Source: an uncultured delta proteobacterium (lineage in GTDB: Bacteria > Desulfobacterota > Desulfobacteria > Desulfobacterales > JAHEIW01). Taken from it: DNA of 64,000 nt. Below are positions 63,719 to 64,000 of this stretch, in pieces (the first letter of the stretch is position 1; every line of letters begins with the position of its first letter). The position numbers and the translations under genes were made by a program. The stretch is taken from contig CAVPNL010000018.1 of the NCBI GenBank assembly GCA_963706575.1, forward strand, positions 64,001 to 128,000, written 5' to 3'. The notes beneath the pieces were generated by a model. It was not told the DNA's origin. It saw nothing but the letters and a program-made list of their open reading frames with translations, and did no database searches.

Positions 63719-64000
63719 TTAAAGCTTATCGGCTAATTTCCCCAGGCCCAGAGATTGCTTTCGATGGACGAATGCAGAATGATATGGCAGAAACGGCATC
63801 CCGCCCCATTTCTCTTTAAATTGTCGGATTCCGGCGTGAATGCCCAGCCCCAGATTAATCGCCGCTTTACCCTCTGATTGCGCTAGCCGCACCATTTCGT
63901 TGAAAAGCAGGTCGGATGCACCCGGTACCGATATCTTTGAGGATCTGAAATTAAAAAGATAAAACGCATAGTCGGCCGACCCCATATCGGCAATCGTAAA
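63719..64000 (-). CDS. C-terminal part of a GNAT-like/hypothetical protein, runs off the window end
   Basis: GASDLLF...INLGLG...GIRQFKEKWGG resembles GNAT acyl-CoA-binding C-termini. Confidence 0.45.
   Translation of the reverse strand, partial: FTIADMGSADYAFYLFNFRSSKISVPGASDLLFNEMVRLAQSEGKAAINLGLGIHAGIRQFKEKWGGMPFLPYHSAFVHRKQSLGLGKLADKL

Overview
This 64 kb window looks like chromosome from a Desulfobacterota (probably Desulfobacterales) sulfate reducer; this is inferred from gene content. Core-like blocks are: an RND efflux pair; a TetR/FadR-controlled acyl-CoA dehydrogenase / membrane FeS oxidoreductase / EtfBA operon; tRNA-His and tRNA-Arg(UCG); selB, hemW and a HIT gene; and an atypical Rnf cluster. 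In that cluster RnfB is fused to a GltD/NfnB-like flavoprotein, two cNMP-binding proteins and a pentaheme cytochrome are inserted, and RnfC has a degenerate NADH/FMN site. Between about 23.3 and 48.3 kb lies an accessory region built at tRNA-Arg, with two extra copies of the tRNA 3' end. It carries a tyrosine recombinase, an attC-bounded cassette, an MntA-HepT module, and a sigma54-linked stress-type island (GT4/GH130 genes, a RelA/SpoT-type synthetase, RNase H, two RRM proteins and a cold-shock protein). The top finding was missed by the ORF track: a 235-aa MerB (organomercurial lyase)-like gene at 22516-23223 (minus strand). Both catalytic cysteine positions are in-frame TGA codons, each followed by a SECIS-like hairpin, so it is a predicted double-selenocysteine lyase, and selB is in the same window. 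Many single-base frameshifts in conserved genes suggest sequencing indels. All family calls are from motif recognition by eye; no database searches were run.
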